A stretch of DNA of 64,000 nucleotides, taken from Nitrospinales bacterium. Its GTDB lineage: Bacteria > Nitrospinota > Nitrospinia > Nitrospinales > VA-1. The position numbers and the translations under genes are program-made. Every line of letters begins with the position of its first letter. Within the stretch, counting starts at the first letter, position 1. The notes under the pieces are model-generated. The model was not told the DNA's origin. It searched no databases and saw only the letters and a list, made by a program, of their open reading frames with translations. Positions 36,923-46,257 of this stretch are shown here, piece after piece. The stretch spans positions 2,944,001-3,008,000 of the forward strand of contig CBDCXL010000002.1 of the NCBI GenBank assembly GCA_965223795.1, given 5' to 3'.

Positions 36923-37300
36923 ATGAATGGATACCAAGGCGTGGCCCGGGGCACCGGGTCATGCCGATTCATTCTGCTTTCGGGTTTGCTGCTGCTGGTG
37001 GCCTGTGCTCAGGGGGGTGCCGTGCCACAAAGGGAAGCGCCGATTCCGAAAACGCATGTGGTCGAAATCAATAAGTTTCGCTTTCACCCGGAAAAAATGA
37101 TGGTGCGCGCGGGGGACACCATTCGCTGGGTTAACAAGGACATCGTTCCGCACCGCGTCGCGCACACGATACGAAGAAAGTGGGAATCGGGAGATTTGAA
37201 GCGGGACGACGTGTTCAGCCAGCGGATTCAGACTTCCACGGCTTATATCTGCACGCTGCATCCGGGCATGCACGGGGAGATCATCGTCGCGGAGGAATAG
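36923..37300 (+). CDS. Cupredoxin (amicyanin/plastocyanin-like) lipoprotein
   Basis: LVAC lipobox-like; WVNKDIVPH and YICTLHPGMHG type-1 Cu ligands. Confidence 0.85.
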   Translation: MNGYQGVARGTGSCRFILLSGLLLLVACAQGGAVPQREAPIPKTHVVEINKFRFHPEKMMVRAGDTIRWVNKDIVPHRVAHTIRRKWESGDLKRDDVFSQRIQTSTAYICTLHPGMHGEIIVAEE

Positions 37301-37306
37301 CGTTTT

Positions 37307-37975
37307 TCAGGGAGCGCGGGTCTTTCGCGGCTGCCCTGTCGCGCCGTCCGGACGGACCCGGAACTTGCAGACCTCTCCATCGCGCACCATGCATTCTTCA
37401 TGAACCACTTCCTTGTCGAGAAGCGATTCCAGCAGAGCCGTGTCCAGGTGGCAGACTTCCTCCACTTCTTTGGCGAGGTGATGGTAGATGCAGTTGTGGG
37501 CCTGGATCACGGGCAAGGATCCGTCCTGTTCGGTCACCGTTTCCGCCTTGTAGCCCAGCTCCTGCATGATTCTTGAAACTTCCTGAATTTTTTCGGCAAC
37601 GCTCAGATTCTGGAGTCTGGACTTCACGCTCTGGGCAAGGCTGCGCCCGATTTCGCGCATTTTCGCCTCCAGCCCGGGGCCTCCCAATTCCGTTTTCATG
37701 GATTTGAGCAGCAATTCGGAGAACCAGGAATACTGCTTGGGAAACAGGTCGATGCCTTTTTCACTCAGCACGAACACCTGGCCCGGACGTCCGCCGGTGT
37801 TGGTGAGACTGCCTTTTTCGACGTAGCCAGCCTGTTCGAGGGACAGGGCGTGCTGCTGCACCGCGGTGCGCGTGATGCCCAGTTCCTTTGAAAGCTCGTC
37901 GATCGTCATCCCTTTTTTATGGAACAGCAGGGTCTCCAGAAATTCGTGCTGACGGTTGCCAAACCCGTAAAACAT
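37307..37975 (-). CDS. SufR-like winged-HTH regulator with C-terminal Cys motif
   Basis: MTIDELSKELGITRTAVQQH..GGRP; HNC-x12-C-x19-C-x7-C; GAGGTG SD before ATG 37975. Confidence 0.8.
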   Translation of the reverse strand: MFYGFGNRQHEFLETLLFHKKGMTIDELSKELGITRTAVQQHALSLEQAGYVEKGSLTNTGGRPGQVFVLSEKGIDLFPKQYSWFSELLLKSMKTELGGPGLEAKMREIGRSLAQSVKSRLQNLSVAEKIQEVSRIMQELGYKAETVTEQDGSLPVIQAHNCIYHHLAKEVEEVCHLDTALLESLLDKEVVHEECMVRDGEVCKFRVRPDGATGQPRKTRAP

Positions 37976-38294
37976 ACCCACCTCACTTCGATGAAAACAG
38001 GATCGCAGTCTTAATAATACCAGTAAATCCGGCCGGTTTCCCGAATATGATAGCGCGTGCACGGCGCATCGCAGGGCGGGCAGCGCGTGAGCGGTATTTT
38101 GTCCCCTTTTTCAGCATTTTTCATGGGTCCGGAGTATCGGCATTTGCGGGAATGCGTGTGCCGGAAGTTGTGCGGGCGGCATCCAGACGGAACCTTGTAC
38201 CCTGGCACGCCGCAGGGGTATTCTGAGACTTCAGCGCAATTCACCCATTCCCCTGTGAACGGCTCTCTCCAATCCCCATATCAAGTGAGGCATC

Positions 38295-39014
38295 ATGGAC
38301 AACAAAAATCAATCCGGCGGTTTCGTTCTCGGCCTGTTTCTGTTTCTCGGTCTCGCGGTGCTCGGGTATCTGCTTAGCGAGGGCGCCATCCGGTTCAAAG
38401 AGTACGAACGCACGGTGCGCGTGAAAGGGCTCTCGGAAAAGGAATACCCCGCCGACATCGTGCTGTGGCCCATCGTGTTCACGGAAGCGGGCAACGATCT
38501 CACCAACCTGTACGCCTCGCTGGAGAAGAACGCCGGCAAGATCCGCGAGTTTCTCAAAAAAGCCGGCATCGAGGATGCGGAGATCACCGTGTCGCCGCCT
38601 TCCATCACCGACAAGCTGGCGCAGCAGTACGGCAACACGCAAAAGGCGAAGTTCCGCTACACGGCGATTCAGGCCATCACCGTGTATTCGAAAAAAGTGG
38701 AGCCGGTGCGCGACATCAACAACCGGCTGACGGAGCTGGGAAAGCAGGGCATCGTGTTCACCGAAGGCGGCTACCGCAACACCACCGAGTACATCTTCAC
38801 GAAGCTGAACGAAGTGAAACCGCAGATGGTCGAGGAGGCCACCACCAAAGCGCGCGAGGTGGCACAGAAATTCGCCAAGGATTCCAACAGCACGCTGGGC
38901 AAGATCAAGCGCGCCACGCAGGGGCAGTTTTCCATCTCGCCGCGCGACCGGCACAACCCGCACATCAAGAAGATCCGCGTGGTCTCGACCGTGGAGTATT
39001 ACCTGTCCGATTGA
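38295..39014 (+). CDS. SIMPL (DUF541) domain protein
   Basis: RTVRVKGLSE, LGKIKRATQGQFSI, KKIRVVSTVEYYL. Confidence 0.88.
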   Translation: MDNKNQSGGFVLGLFLFLGLAVLGYLLSEGAIRFKEYERTVRVKGLSEKEYPADIVLWPIVFTEAGNDLTNLYASLEKNAGKIREFLKKAGIEDAEITVSPPSITDKLAQQYGNTQKAKFRYTAIQAITVYSKKVEPVRDINNRLTELGKQGIVFTEGGYRNTTEYIFTKLNEVKPQMVEEATTKAREVAQKFAKDSNSTLGKIKRATQGQFSISPRDRHNPHIKKIRVVSTVEYYLSD

Positions 39015-39024
39015 TTCCCTGGGT

Positions 39025-39843
39025 TCAGTTGAATGCGTCCCCACCCGGTTCGGGTGTGATGCGGTACTCGCTGCCGGGCAGGGGCGGTGCGGGGGAGGCG
39101 GCGTCCATGTCCTCGTGGGCGTGGGAGTGGCTGTCCTCGGGAAAGCCGAACTCGTCCGGGTTCTGCGTGTGCAGGTAGCCGTGCATCTGCATCAGAAAGA
39201 GCAGGGCGCCCGCCAGGATGAGGCCGTTGTTGGAGACCGAGGAAAACTGGAGAAACGATTGGGTGCGCCGGAAGCGGTAGAGCAGGGCGACCATGACGCA
39301 CAGGGCGGCGATCTGTCCCAGCTCGATCCCCAGGTTGAACGAGAGGATGCGCAGCACGATGCCTTCGTCGCCGAGCGGCAGCTGCTGCAGCCGGGTGGAC
39401 AGGCCGAAGCCGTGGATGAAGCCCAAAAGGAAAATCGCCGCCAGCAGGTTGGGGGATTTTTCAAAATATTTACGGAAGCCGCCGAGGTTTTCGAAACCGA
39501 TGTAGCAGACGCTGAGCGCGATGATGGCGTCGATGAGATAGTAGTTGGCGGTGATGCCCATCAGGGTCGCGGCGATGAGGGTGATGCTGTGGCCGATGGT
39601 GAATGCGGTGATGTACTTGACGATGTCTAAGAAAGTGGTGAGAAAGAACACGATGCCGAACACGAACAGCAGGTGGTCGAACCCGGTCAGCATGTGGGTC
39701 GCGCCCAGCCAGATGTACTGGCCGTAGCCGCCTTCCAGCATGGCCTGCTTCTGCGCCTCGGTCATGCCGTGGCCGAACGCCGATTGCGCCCAAAGCAGCA
39801 GGAGCGCCGCGCCTGTCAGTCTGCAAACGAGTTTTGCTTTCAT
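39025..39843 (-). CDS. HupE/UreJ family metal-transport membrane protein
   Basis: AFGHG, HMLTGFDHLLF, FTIGHSITL, HGFG, FNLGIELGQ; His-rich tail. Confidence 0.88.
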   Translation of the reverse strand: MKAKLVCRLTGAALLLLWAQSAFGHGMTEAQKQAMLEGGYGQYIWLGATHMLTGFDHLLFVFGIVFFLTTFLDIVKYITAFTIGHSITLIAATLMGITANYYLIDAIIALSVCYIGFENLGGFRKYFEKSPNLLAAIFLLGFIHGFGLSTRLQQLPLGDEGIVLRILSFNLGIELGQIAALCVMVALLYRFRRTQSFLQFSSVSNNGLILAGALLFLMQMHGYLHTQNPDEFGFPEDSHSHAHEDMDAASPAPPLPGSEYRITPEPGGDAFN

Positions 39844-39906
39844 GGCGTCCTTTGGGCTGCAACCCTTGTCATGCGGTTTGGATGGCGTCTTTGGATGCCG
39901 GCCGCT

Positions 39907-41826
39907 TCATTCTTTTTGCGGCGGCGGTTTGACGAGATAGGTGTAGCCGTTGAGCCCTTCTTTGTACAGCTTTAAAAAGTCGTCGGCTTCCTGCTGGGTG
40001 ACGACGCCGTCTTTCACGCAGCCGATGAGAAAGCCGGCGATCCTTCCCGCCAGCTCGTCGGCGCGGAACTGCACGTAGTCGAGCACGTCGGTGACGACCT
40101 CGCCTTCGATCACCTGCTCGTAATGGAGGCTGCCGTCCTTGTTGAGGGAAACGTGGAAGGTGTTGGTGTCGCCGAACAGGTTGTGCAGATCGCCGAGGAT
40201 CTCCTGGTAGGCGCCGAGCAAAAAGATGCCGAGCTGGTAGGGCTCGCCGTCTTCCAGCGGGTGCACCTTGAGGGATTTTTCGGTGCCGCGCTGGTTGCCA
40301 ATGAACAGGTCGATGCGTCCGTCGGAATCGCAGGTGATGTCCTCCACAGTGGCGGCGCGCGTGGGTTCTTCGTTCAACCGCTGGATCGGCACCACCGGAA
40401 ACACGTGGTCGATGGCCCAGGAGTCGGGCACCGACTGGAACACGGAAAAGTTGCAGAAATACTTGTCGGCGAGCTGGTGCTTGAGCGATTTGATCTCATC
40501 GGGCAGGAACTTCAGCCGGGTCGCCAGCTTTTCGATCTTGCGGCTGATGCCCCAGAAAATGCGCTCCACCAGCGCACGGTGCTCCAGCGAGATCATGCCG
40601 AGCAGAAAGTGGTTCTGGGCTTCCTCCTTCAGGTGCAAGGCGTCGTGCCAGGACTCGGTCAGGTTCTTGTTGGAGGTGTGGTTCAGCACGTCGTGGATTT
40701 CGTGCACCACGTCGGGAACGTCGTCGGGGATTTCGAGCGTGTCCTGCCATTCGGGAAACGAAGTGACGTCGAGCACGTTGACCACCAGCAGGGAATGGTA
40801 GGCGGTCATCGCGCGCCCGGACTCGGAGATGATGTTGGGGTGCGGCAGGTTTTCGTCCTCGCAGATTTCCATGAGGTGGTAGACCACGTCGTTGGCGTAT
40901 TCCTGCACGGTGTAATTGGTGCTGGAATGAAAAGTGGAGTGGGAGCCGTCGTAGTCCACGCCCAGTCCGCCGCCGACGTCGATGTACTGGATGTTGCAAC
41001 CCTCGCGCATCAGTTCCGAATAATAGCGGCCCGCTTCCTTGAGGCTGTTCTTGATGCGGCGGATGTTGGTGATCTGGCTGCCGAGGTGGAAATGGATGAG
41101 CTGGATGCAGTCGAGGATTTCGTGCTGGCGGGCGATCTTGAGCGCGTCCACCAGCTCCATCGGATTGAGACCGAATTTGGAGTACTCGCCGCCGGACAGC
41201 GCCCAGCGCCCCGAGCCCGCGCTGACCAGCTTGACCCTGAGGCCGATGTTGGGACGCACGCCCACTTCGTTTGCCACGCGCACGATCAGCTCCAGCTCGT
41301 CGAGCTTTTCCACGACGATGAACACGCGCTTGCCCAGTTTCTGGCCCATGAGGGCGAGCCGGACGAAGGCCTCGTCCTTGTAGCCGTTGCAGATGAGCAG
41401 GGCCTCGGGGTTGTCCATGATGGCGAGGATGGCGTGCAGCTCCGGCTTCGAGCCCGCTTCCAGGCCGATGTTGTAGGGGCGGCCGAATTTCACGATTTCC
41501 TCAACCACCTGCCGCTGCTGGTTCACCTTGATGGGATAGACGCCGTGGTATTTGCCTTTGTAGTTGTACTCCTCGATGGCGTTCTTGAACACGGTGGCCA
41601 GGCGGTGGATGCTCGACTTCAGAATATCGGAGAACCTGAGAAGGACCGGCAGGGAGTATCCTTTGGCCTGGATGTCGTCGATCAGGTCCTTGAGGTCGAT
41701 GGCGTGCCGGCTCTTGCGGCTGGGCTTGACGACCATGTGGCCCTTGCCGTTGACGTCAAAATAGCCGGCGCCCCATCCATAGATGTTATAATGTTCCCTC
41801 GATTCTTCGATCGTCCATTTCCGCAT
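39907..41826 (-). CDS. speA: Biosynthetic arginine decarboxylase
   Basis: YPIKVNQ, GLEAGSKPEL, HFHLGSQ, DVGGGLGVDYDG, TCDSDG, GAYQEILGDLHNLFGD. Confidence 0.96.
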   Translation of the reverse strand: MRKWTIEESREHYNIYGWGAGYFDVNGKGHMVVKPSRKSRHAIDLKDLIDDIQAKGYSLPVLLRFSDILKSSIHRLATVFKNAIEEYNYKGKYHGVYPIKVNQQRQVVEEIVKFGRPYNIGLEAGSKPELHAILAIMDNPEALLICNGYKDEAFVRLALMGQKLGKRVFIVVEKLDELELIVRVANEVGVRPNIGLRVKLVSAGSGRWALSGGEYSKFGLNPMELVDALKIARQHEILDCIQLIHFHLGSQITNIRRIKNSLKEAGRYYSELMREGCNIQYIDVGGGLGVDYDGSHSTFHSSTNYTVQEYANDVVYHLMEICEDENLPHPNIISESGRAMTAYHSLLVVNVLDVTSFPEWQDTLEIPDDVPDVVHEIHDVLNHTSNKNLTESWHDALHLKEEAQNHFLLGMISLEHRALVERIFWGISRKIEKLATRLKFLPDEIKSLKHQLADKYFCNFSVFQSVPDSWAIDHVFPVVPIQRLNEEPTRAATVEDITCDSDGRIDLFIGNQRGTEKSLKVHPLEDGEPYQLGIFLLGAYQEILGDLHNLFGDTNTFHVSLNKDGSLHYEQVIEGEVVTDVLDYVQFRADELAGRIAGFLIGCVKDGVVTQQEADDFLKLYKEGLNGYTYLVKPPPQKE

Positions 41827-42026
41827 TTTCTGGGCTCCGGCGGCGGCCGTGTGTCGGGTGCGCTGAGGAAGGTCGCCTGAATTTCAAGAATCATTAAAAT
41901 CAGCGAAATCACGTTAAAAGTCAAACAAAAATCATTGCGGTGGCAGCAGAATGTTCAACCCGCGGGAAAGCGTCCGCGCCCGCGGGTCGAAGCCGTTGAG
42001 AGCCGCGGTTTTATGGAGAAGCCAGC

Positions 42027-43301
42027 ATGACCTCTGCCGGGACCCGGTTGCGGGAACACACGAAAATTGAAAACGTCGATGTGCGGGAGATCGCGCGCCA
42101 GTTCGGCACGCCGCTCTATGTCTATTCGCTCGGCGCGCTGAGACAGTCGATCGCCGAGATCAAGCCGCTCGCGCCGGTGACCCGCTATGCGATGAAAGCC
42201 TGCTCGAACGCGGCGGTGCTGAAGGAGATGCTCAAGCAGGGCATCAAAATCGACGCGGTGAACATCTATGAAGTGAAGCGCGCGCTCAAGGCGGGATTCG
42301 CCGCGAAAGACATTCTGTTCACCAGCGATCTGTTCATCCAGCCCGCCGACGTGCGGTTCTGTCTCGACAACGGGATTTTCGTCAACTGCGGCACGCTGGG
42401 GATGGTGGAGGAGTACGGCCAGGCGCTCAAGCAGAACGGGGTCGGATCGAACAAGATCTCCATCCGCATCAATCCCGGTGAGGGCGTCGGCCATTCGAAA
42501 AAGACCAACACCGGCGGCCCGTACAGCAAGCACGGCATCTGGTTCGAGAACCTCGACGCGGTGCAGGCCATCGCGGACAGCTACGGCCTCACGATCTCCG
42601 GGGCGCACATCCACATCGGCTCCGGCGGCGACATGGAGCACTTGAAGCGCATCACCGGCAAGCTGGTGGAGTTCGCCAAGCGGTTCGACGGGCTCGAGGT
42701 CATCAATTTCGGCGGCGGCCTGCCGTACCAGTACGACCCGAACCAGCCGCAGGAGGACATCTCCGGCTACCGGGCGATTCTGGAAGAACGCACGGCGATT
42801 CTCGAACAGCACTTCGGCCGCAAGATCGTCTGCGAGATCGAGCCGGGACGGCGGTTCGTCGCGGGCTGCGGCACGATTCTCGGGGAGGTGCGCTCGCTCA
42901 ACCACACCTTCGACGAGGACGGCAAACGGCTGGACTACGTGCTGGTGAACGTGGGCTTCTGCCATCTGATCCGGCCGATGGCCTACGGTTCGTTTCACCC
43001 CATCCAGTTCGTCGGCGACGAGCTGGGACCGGAACAGGATCTCATTGTGGCCGGACCGGTGTGCGAGTCTGGCGACGTGCTGACGCAGAAGAACGAAGAG
43101 CCGGTCCCGCGCAGGCTGCCGATGCCGAAAGTGGGGGATCTCATTCTGGTGGGCGGCGCCGGCGCGTACGGTTTCGCCATGGCGTCCAACTACAACTCGC
43201 AGCCGCTGATCCCGGAGGTGGTGGTGGACGGCGACAGTTTCACGCTGACTCGCAGACGGCAGACCCTCGAAGATGTGATGCGGGAAGAGCAGGAGATCTG
43301 A
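42027..43301 (+). CDS. lysA: Diaminopimelate decarboxylase
   Basis: GTPLYVY, YAMKA, HIHIGS, EPGR, GPVCESGD, GAYGFAMASNYN. Confidence 0.9.
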   Translation: MTSAGTRLREHTKIENVDVREIARQFGTPLYVYSLGALRQSIAEIKPLAPVTRYAMKACSNAAVLKEMLKQGIKIDAVNIYEVKRALKAGFAAKDILFTSDLFIQPADVRFCLDNGIFVNCGTLGMVEEYGQALKQNGVGSNKISIRINPGEGVGHSKKTNTGGPYSKHGIWFENLDAVQAIADSYGLTISGAHIHIGSGGDMEHLKRITGKLVEFAKRFDGLEVINFGGGLPYQYDPNQPQEDISGYRAILEERTAILEQHFGRKIVCEIEPGRRFVAGCGTILGEVRSLNHTFDEDGKRLDYVLVNVGFCHLIRPMAYGSFHPIQFVGDELGPEQDLIVAGPVCESGDVLTQKNEEPVPRRLPMPKVGDLILVGGAGAYGFAMASNYNSQPLIPEVVVDGDSFTLTRRRQTLEDVMREEQEI

Positions 43302-43336
43302 ATCACTCCAAAAAGCCGGCACCCCTCATATAAAAG

Positions 43337-43735
43337 ATGTCTGAAATCACACCCCTGCTGCGATTTCCGGGCGCCAAAAGACACGATCCTGACATAGACG
43401 CCTGGCTTGAAAATGACTTAAACCAACTCTACGCGGTTGCGCGATTCTGGTTTAAACGCATGCGTGAATGCGGCGGCGATGTCCGCGAACTCATGCATGA
43501 CGGATGTCCGACCGCCTGCGTGGGCGATGCGGCGTTTGCCTATGTGAATGTCTTCAAGGCGCATATGAATGTCGGGTTTTTCCTGGGCGCGTTCATGGAA
43601 GACCCGAACGGTTTGCTTGAAGGCACCGGAAAACGGATGCGGCATGTGAAAATCAGGCCCGGCAAGGAGGTGGATGAAGAAGAGCTAGGAAAACTCGTGA
43701 AAGCGAGCTATGAGATTGTCAAAAAGCACTCCTGA
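43337..43735 (+). CDS. DUF1801 domain protein
   Basis: HDGCPTAC, HMNVGFF.GA, LLEGTGKRMRHVK. Confidence 0.85.
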   Translation: MSEITPLLRFPGAKRHDPDIDAWLENDLNQLYAVARFWFKRMRECGGDVRELMHDGCPTACVGDAAFAYVNVFKAHMNVGFFLGAFMEDPNGLLEGTGKRMRHVKIRPGKEVDEEELGKLVKASYEIVKKHS

Positions 43736-43775
43736 GCCTTGATGTCTTCCCCTGTGTGGAAATTAAATCTTGTTC

Positions 43776-43816
43776 ACTCGCAGGCGGCAGATGCTCGACG
43801 ACGCGCTGCGCGAGGA
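43776..43816 (+). pseudogene. Degenerate second copy of the lysA 3' end
   Basis: Encodes TRRRQMLDDALREE versus lysA TRRRQTLEDVMREE; 32/41 nt identical to 43248-43288. Confidence 0.7.
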
Positions 43817-43839
43817 AACAGAGTGGATTCTAAAAAAAG

Positions 43840-44160
43840 AATTGGACAGGATTGACAGGATAAAAAAGCCGAAAAGCAGTGGAATCGCGCAAAGCCGCTA
43901 AGCCCCCCTCACCTCGATCCTCTCCCCCCGGAGTGGGGAGAGGAGAAAAATGCCAAGGGGACAGGAAGCGGGAGTTGAAAACGGGAAGAGCTTCCAGAAT
44001 ATCCTTCTTCTCTAAACGGAGAGTTTGTGCAAGGCTCGACACCCGATTGTTTTATACGGGATGAGGTTCGAAGATTTATCCTGCCTGCCTTTTGGTTTTC
44101 TTTGCGTCTTCGCGGCTTTGCGCGATGATTTATTATCCGCTTTTCGTCCTGTCTGAATTT
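43840..44160. repeat. MITE-like element with nested inverted repeats
   Basis: ATCGCGCAAAGCCGC (43884-43898) is the exact reverse complement of 44112-44126; outer imperfect GACAGGA..AAAAGC repeats; internal CCTCTCCCC/GGGGAGAGG hairpin. Confidence 0.6.
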
Positions 44161-44186
44161 TCTCAAATTCGCCGGCCTTGATCATT

Positions 44187-44492
44187 TCAAAACAGCGCAT
44201 CCACCTTCTGGGCCATCTGCACGTCGGCCAGGGTGACGCCGCTTGCGGTGTGGGTCCAGTAGCGCACGGTGACGCGCTTGTAGTGGATGAAGATGTCCGG
44301 ATGATGATTGTTTTCCTCGGCCAGCTCCGCCACCTTGTGGACAAAATCGATGCCTTCCATGTACTTGCGGGCGTGCTTGACCCGCTCGATGTAAGGGACG
44401 CCCTTGTCGTTTTTCCCGGTTTTCCACTCCGGCGCCATTGCCTTCAGTTTTTCGTCCAGTTCGGTTTCGGTCAATGCGGTCTTTTCCACCAT
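44187..44492 (-). CDS. phhB: Pterin-4a-carbinolamine dehydratase
   Basis: AEENNHHPDI, YWTHTASGVTLAD. Confidence 0.88.
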   Translation of the reverse strand: MVEKTALTETELDEKLKAMAPEWKTGKNDKGVPYIERVKHARKYMEGIDFVHKVAELAEENNHHPDIFIHYKRVTVRYWTHTASGVTLADVQMAQKVDALF

Positions 44493-44731
44493 GTTCGCCA
44501 CTCCTGATCGTTGCGTTCGCAATGGGGATATTCCGCATGAATGATTGCGGGAAACCCCTTTCGTCGTTTGATTTTGAGAGGATCTTTGTTAAGTTAAAAA
44601 ATTATAACAGAAACGCGCTCTCGCACCATTGCGGCGCCGGATTTTCCGCGTATGCGGTTTCCTTCCTGGAAAGCGGATGCAGCGACGCCGGAGACGGAAC
44701 GAACCTTTTGGACCCCAAGTTGAGGAAACCC

Positions 44732-45523
44732 ATGAAGACCATCAAATTCCTGCTATCCATCGCTCTTATTCTCACCGTCGTGTCCGGTGTTCAGGCTAAA
44801 GAGGAAGGCGTCAGAATGTTCGGCATCGAGGAGGCGACCATTCATTATAAAATGGAAGGGTCGATGAACGGCACGCGCGTTCAGTATTTTAAGGATTACG
44901 GCAAGCAGCTCGCGGAAGAGATGAGATCCGAAATGAACATCATGGGCATGTCCGTGAAGCAGCACAACCGGACCATCACGCAGGGACCCTGGGTGGTGAG
45001 CATCGATCTGGAAAAGAACACCGCGTCGCGCATGCGCAATCCCATGTACGAGCAGATCAAGAAAAGCGCCGCGGCCGGGAAGGGCAAAAAAGCCTCGGAG
45101 CGTTACATGAAGGCGATGGGCGGCACGGACACGGGCAAAACCGCGAAATACGCCGGTGAGAAATGCCGCATCTGGGACGTTCCCCGTTTTGTTTCGAAAA
45201 TGTGCGTCACCGACGACGGGCTGCCGGTCTGGCATGAGAGCAACGTCGCGGGCATGAAGAGCACGCACGTCGCCACGAAGATCATCAAGGGCGATCCGGG
45301 GCCGGCCAGCGTCTATGAAGTCCCCAAGGGCATGACGGTCACGGAGGAGAAAATGCCCGACCTCAGCCAGCTTCAGGAGATGCGCAAGCACCGCGGCAAG
45401 GTGATGCAGGAGATGCAGCGGGAGCGGGAAAACAACCCGGATGCCGCGCAGATGCCCGATATGAGAGATATGCCGGACATCAACAAGCTGATGGAGATGT
45501 TCAAGCCCAAGGGACAGAACTGA
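44732..45523 (+). CDS. Exported Met-rich hypothetical protein (DUF4412/GLPGLI-like fold possible)
   Basis: GAGG SD, ATG 44732, signal peptide VQA|K, TGKTAKYAGEKC motif. Confidence 0.75.
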   Translation: MKTIKFLLSIALILTVVSGVQAKEEGVRMFGIEEATIHYKMEGSMNGTRVQYFKDYGKQLAEEMRSEMNIMGMSVKQHNRTITQGPWVVSIDLEKNTASRMRNPMYEQIKKSAAAGKGKKASERYMKAMGGTDTGKTAKYAGEKCRIWDVPRFVSKMCVTDDGLPVWHESNVAGMKSTHVATKIIKGDPGPASVYEVPKGMTVTEEKMPDLSQLQEMRKHRGKVMQEMQRERENNPDAAQMPDMRDMPDINKLMEMFKPKGQN

Positions 45524-45534
45524 CCGGAGAAAAC

Positions 45535-46254
45535 CTGGCTGAAACCGGAAAAGATGCCGTCCGCAAACTGATCTGGAAGCACCTGCGCGAGGCCAGGCTC
45601 GCGCGCTTTCCGTTTCCCGTTGATCACCGCATTCCCAATTTCAAGGGCGCCGAAGCCGCCGCGCAGCGGCTCGCGGAAGAACCGTTCTACCGCGATGCGC
45701 GCATCCTGAAGTGCAATCCGGACAGCCCGCAGCGGCCGCTGCGTCTTAAAGCGCTCGAGGACGGCAAAACCGTGTACATGGCGGTGCCGCGCCTGCGTGC
45801 AAGGGAATGCTTTGTGCGCCTCGATCCCGATCGAATCGACCCTGAAAATTTCAAATCCGCCGCCAGCATTGCCGGAGCGGAAACATTCGGCGAGCCGGTG
45901 CGTCCGGATCAAATGACCAAAATCGATCTCATCATCGCGGGTTCGGTGGCGGTGCGGGAAAACGGTGCGCGGGTGGGGAAGGGCGGCGGTTACTCGGACC
46001 TGGAATTCGCCATCGCCGCGGAACTCGGAATCGTGACGCGGGAAACGAGGATCGTCACCACGGTACACGACGATCAGGTGGTGCAGGAAGACTGGCCGGT
46101 CGCGCCGTATGACATCCCGCTGGATTGCATCGTCACGCCGACGCGGACGATCGCGTGCAAGGACCGTCATCCGCGGCCGAAAGGGATCCTGTGGGATCTT
46201 CTAAAAGAAGAAATGCTGAACTCGATTCCGATTTTGCAGGAATGGAAAAAATAG
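45535..46254 (+). CDS. 5-formyltetrahydrofolate cyclo-ligase-like (MTHFSD/COG0212 type), probable CTG start
   Basis: In-frame RIPNFKGAE, NPDSPQ, GSVAV, GKGGGYSDLE, TTVHD; GGAG 5 nt before CTG 45535. Confidence 0.85.
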   Translation: MAETGKDAVRKLIWKHLREARLARFPFPVDHRIPNFKGAEAAAQRLAEEPFYRDARILKCNPDSPQRPLRLKALEDGKTVYMAVPRLRARECFVRLDPDRIDPENFKSAASIAGAETFGEPVRPDQMTKIDLIIAGSVAVRENGARVGKGGGYSDLEFAIAAELGIVTRETRIVTTVHDDQVVQEDWPVAPYDIPLDCIVTPTRTIACKDRHPRPKGILWDLLKEEMLNSIPILQEWKK

Positions 46255-46257
46255 TAT

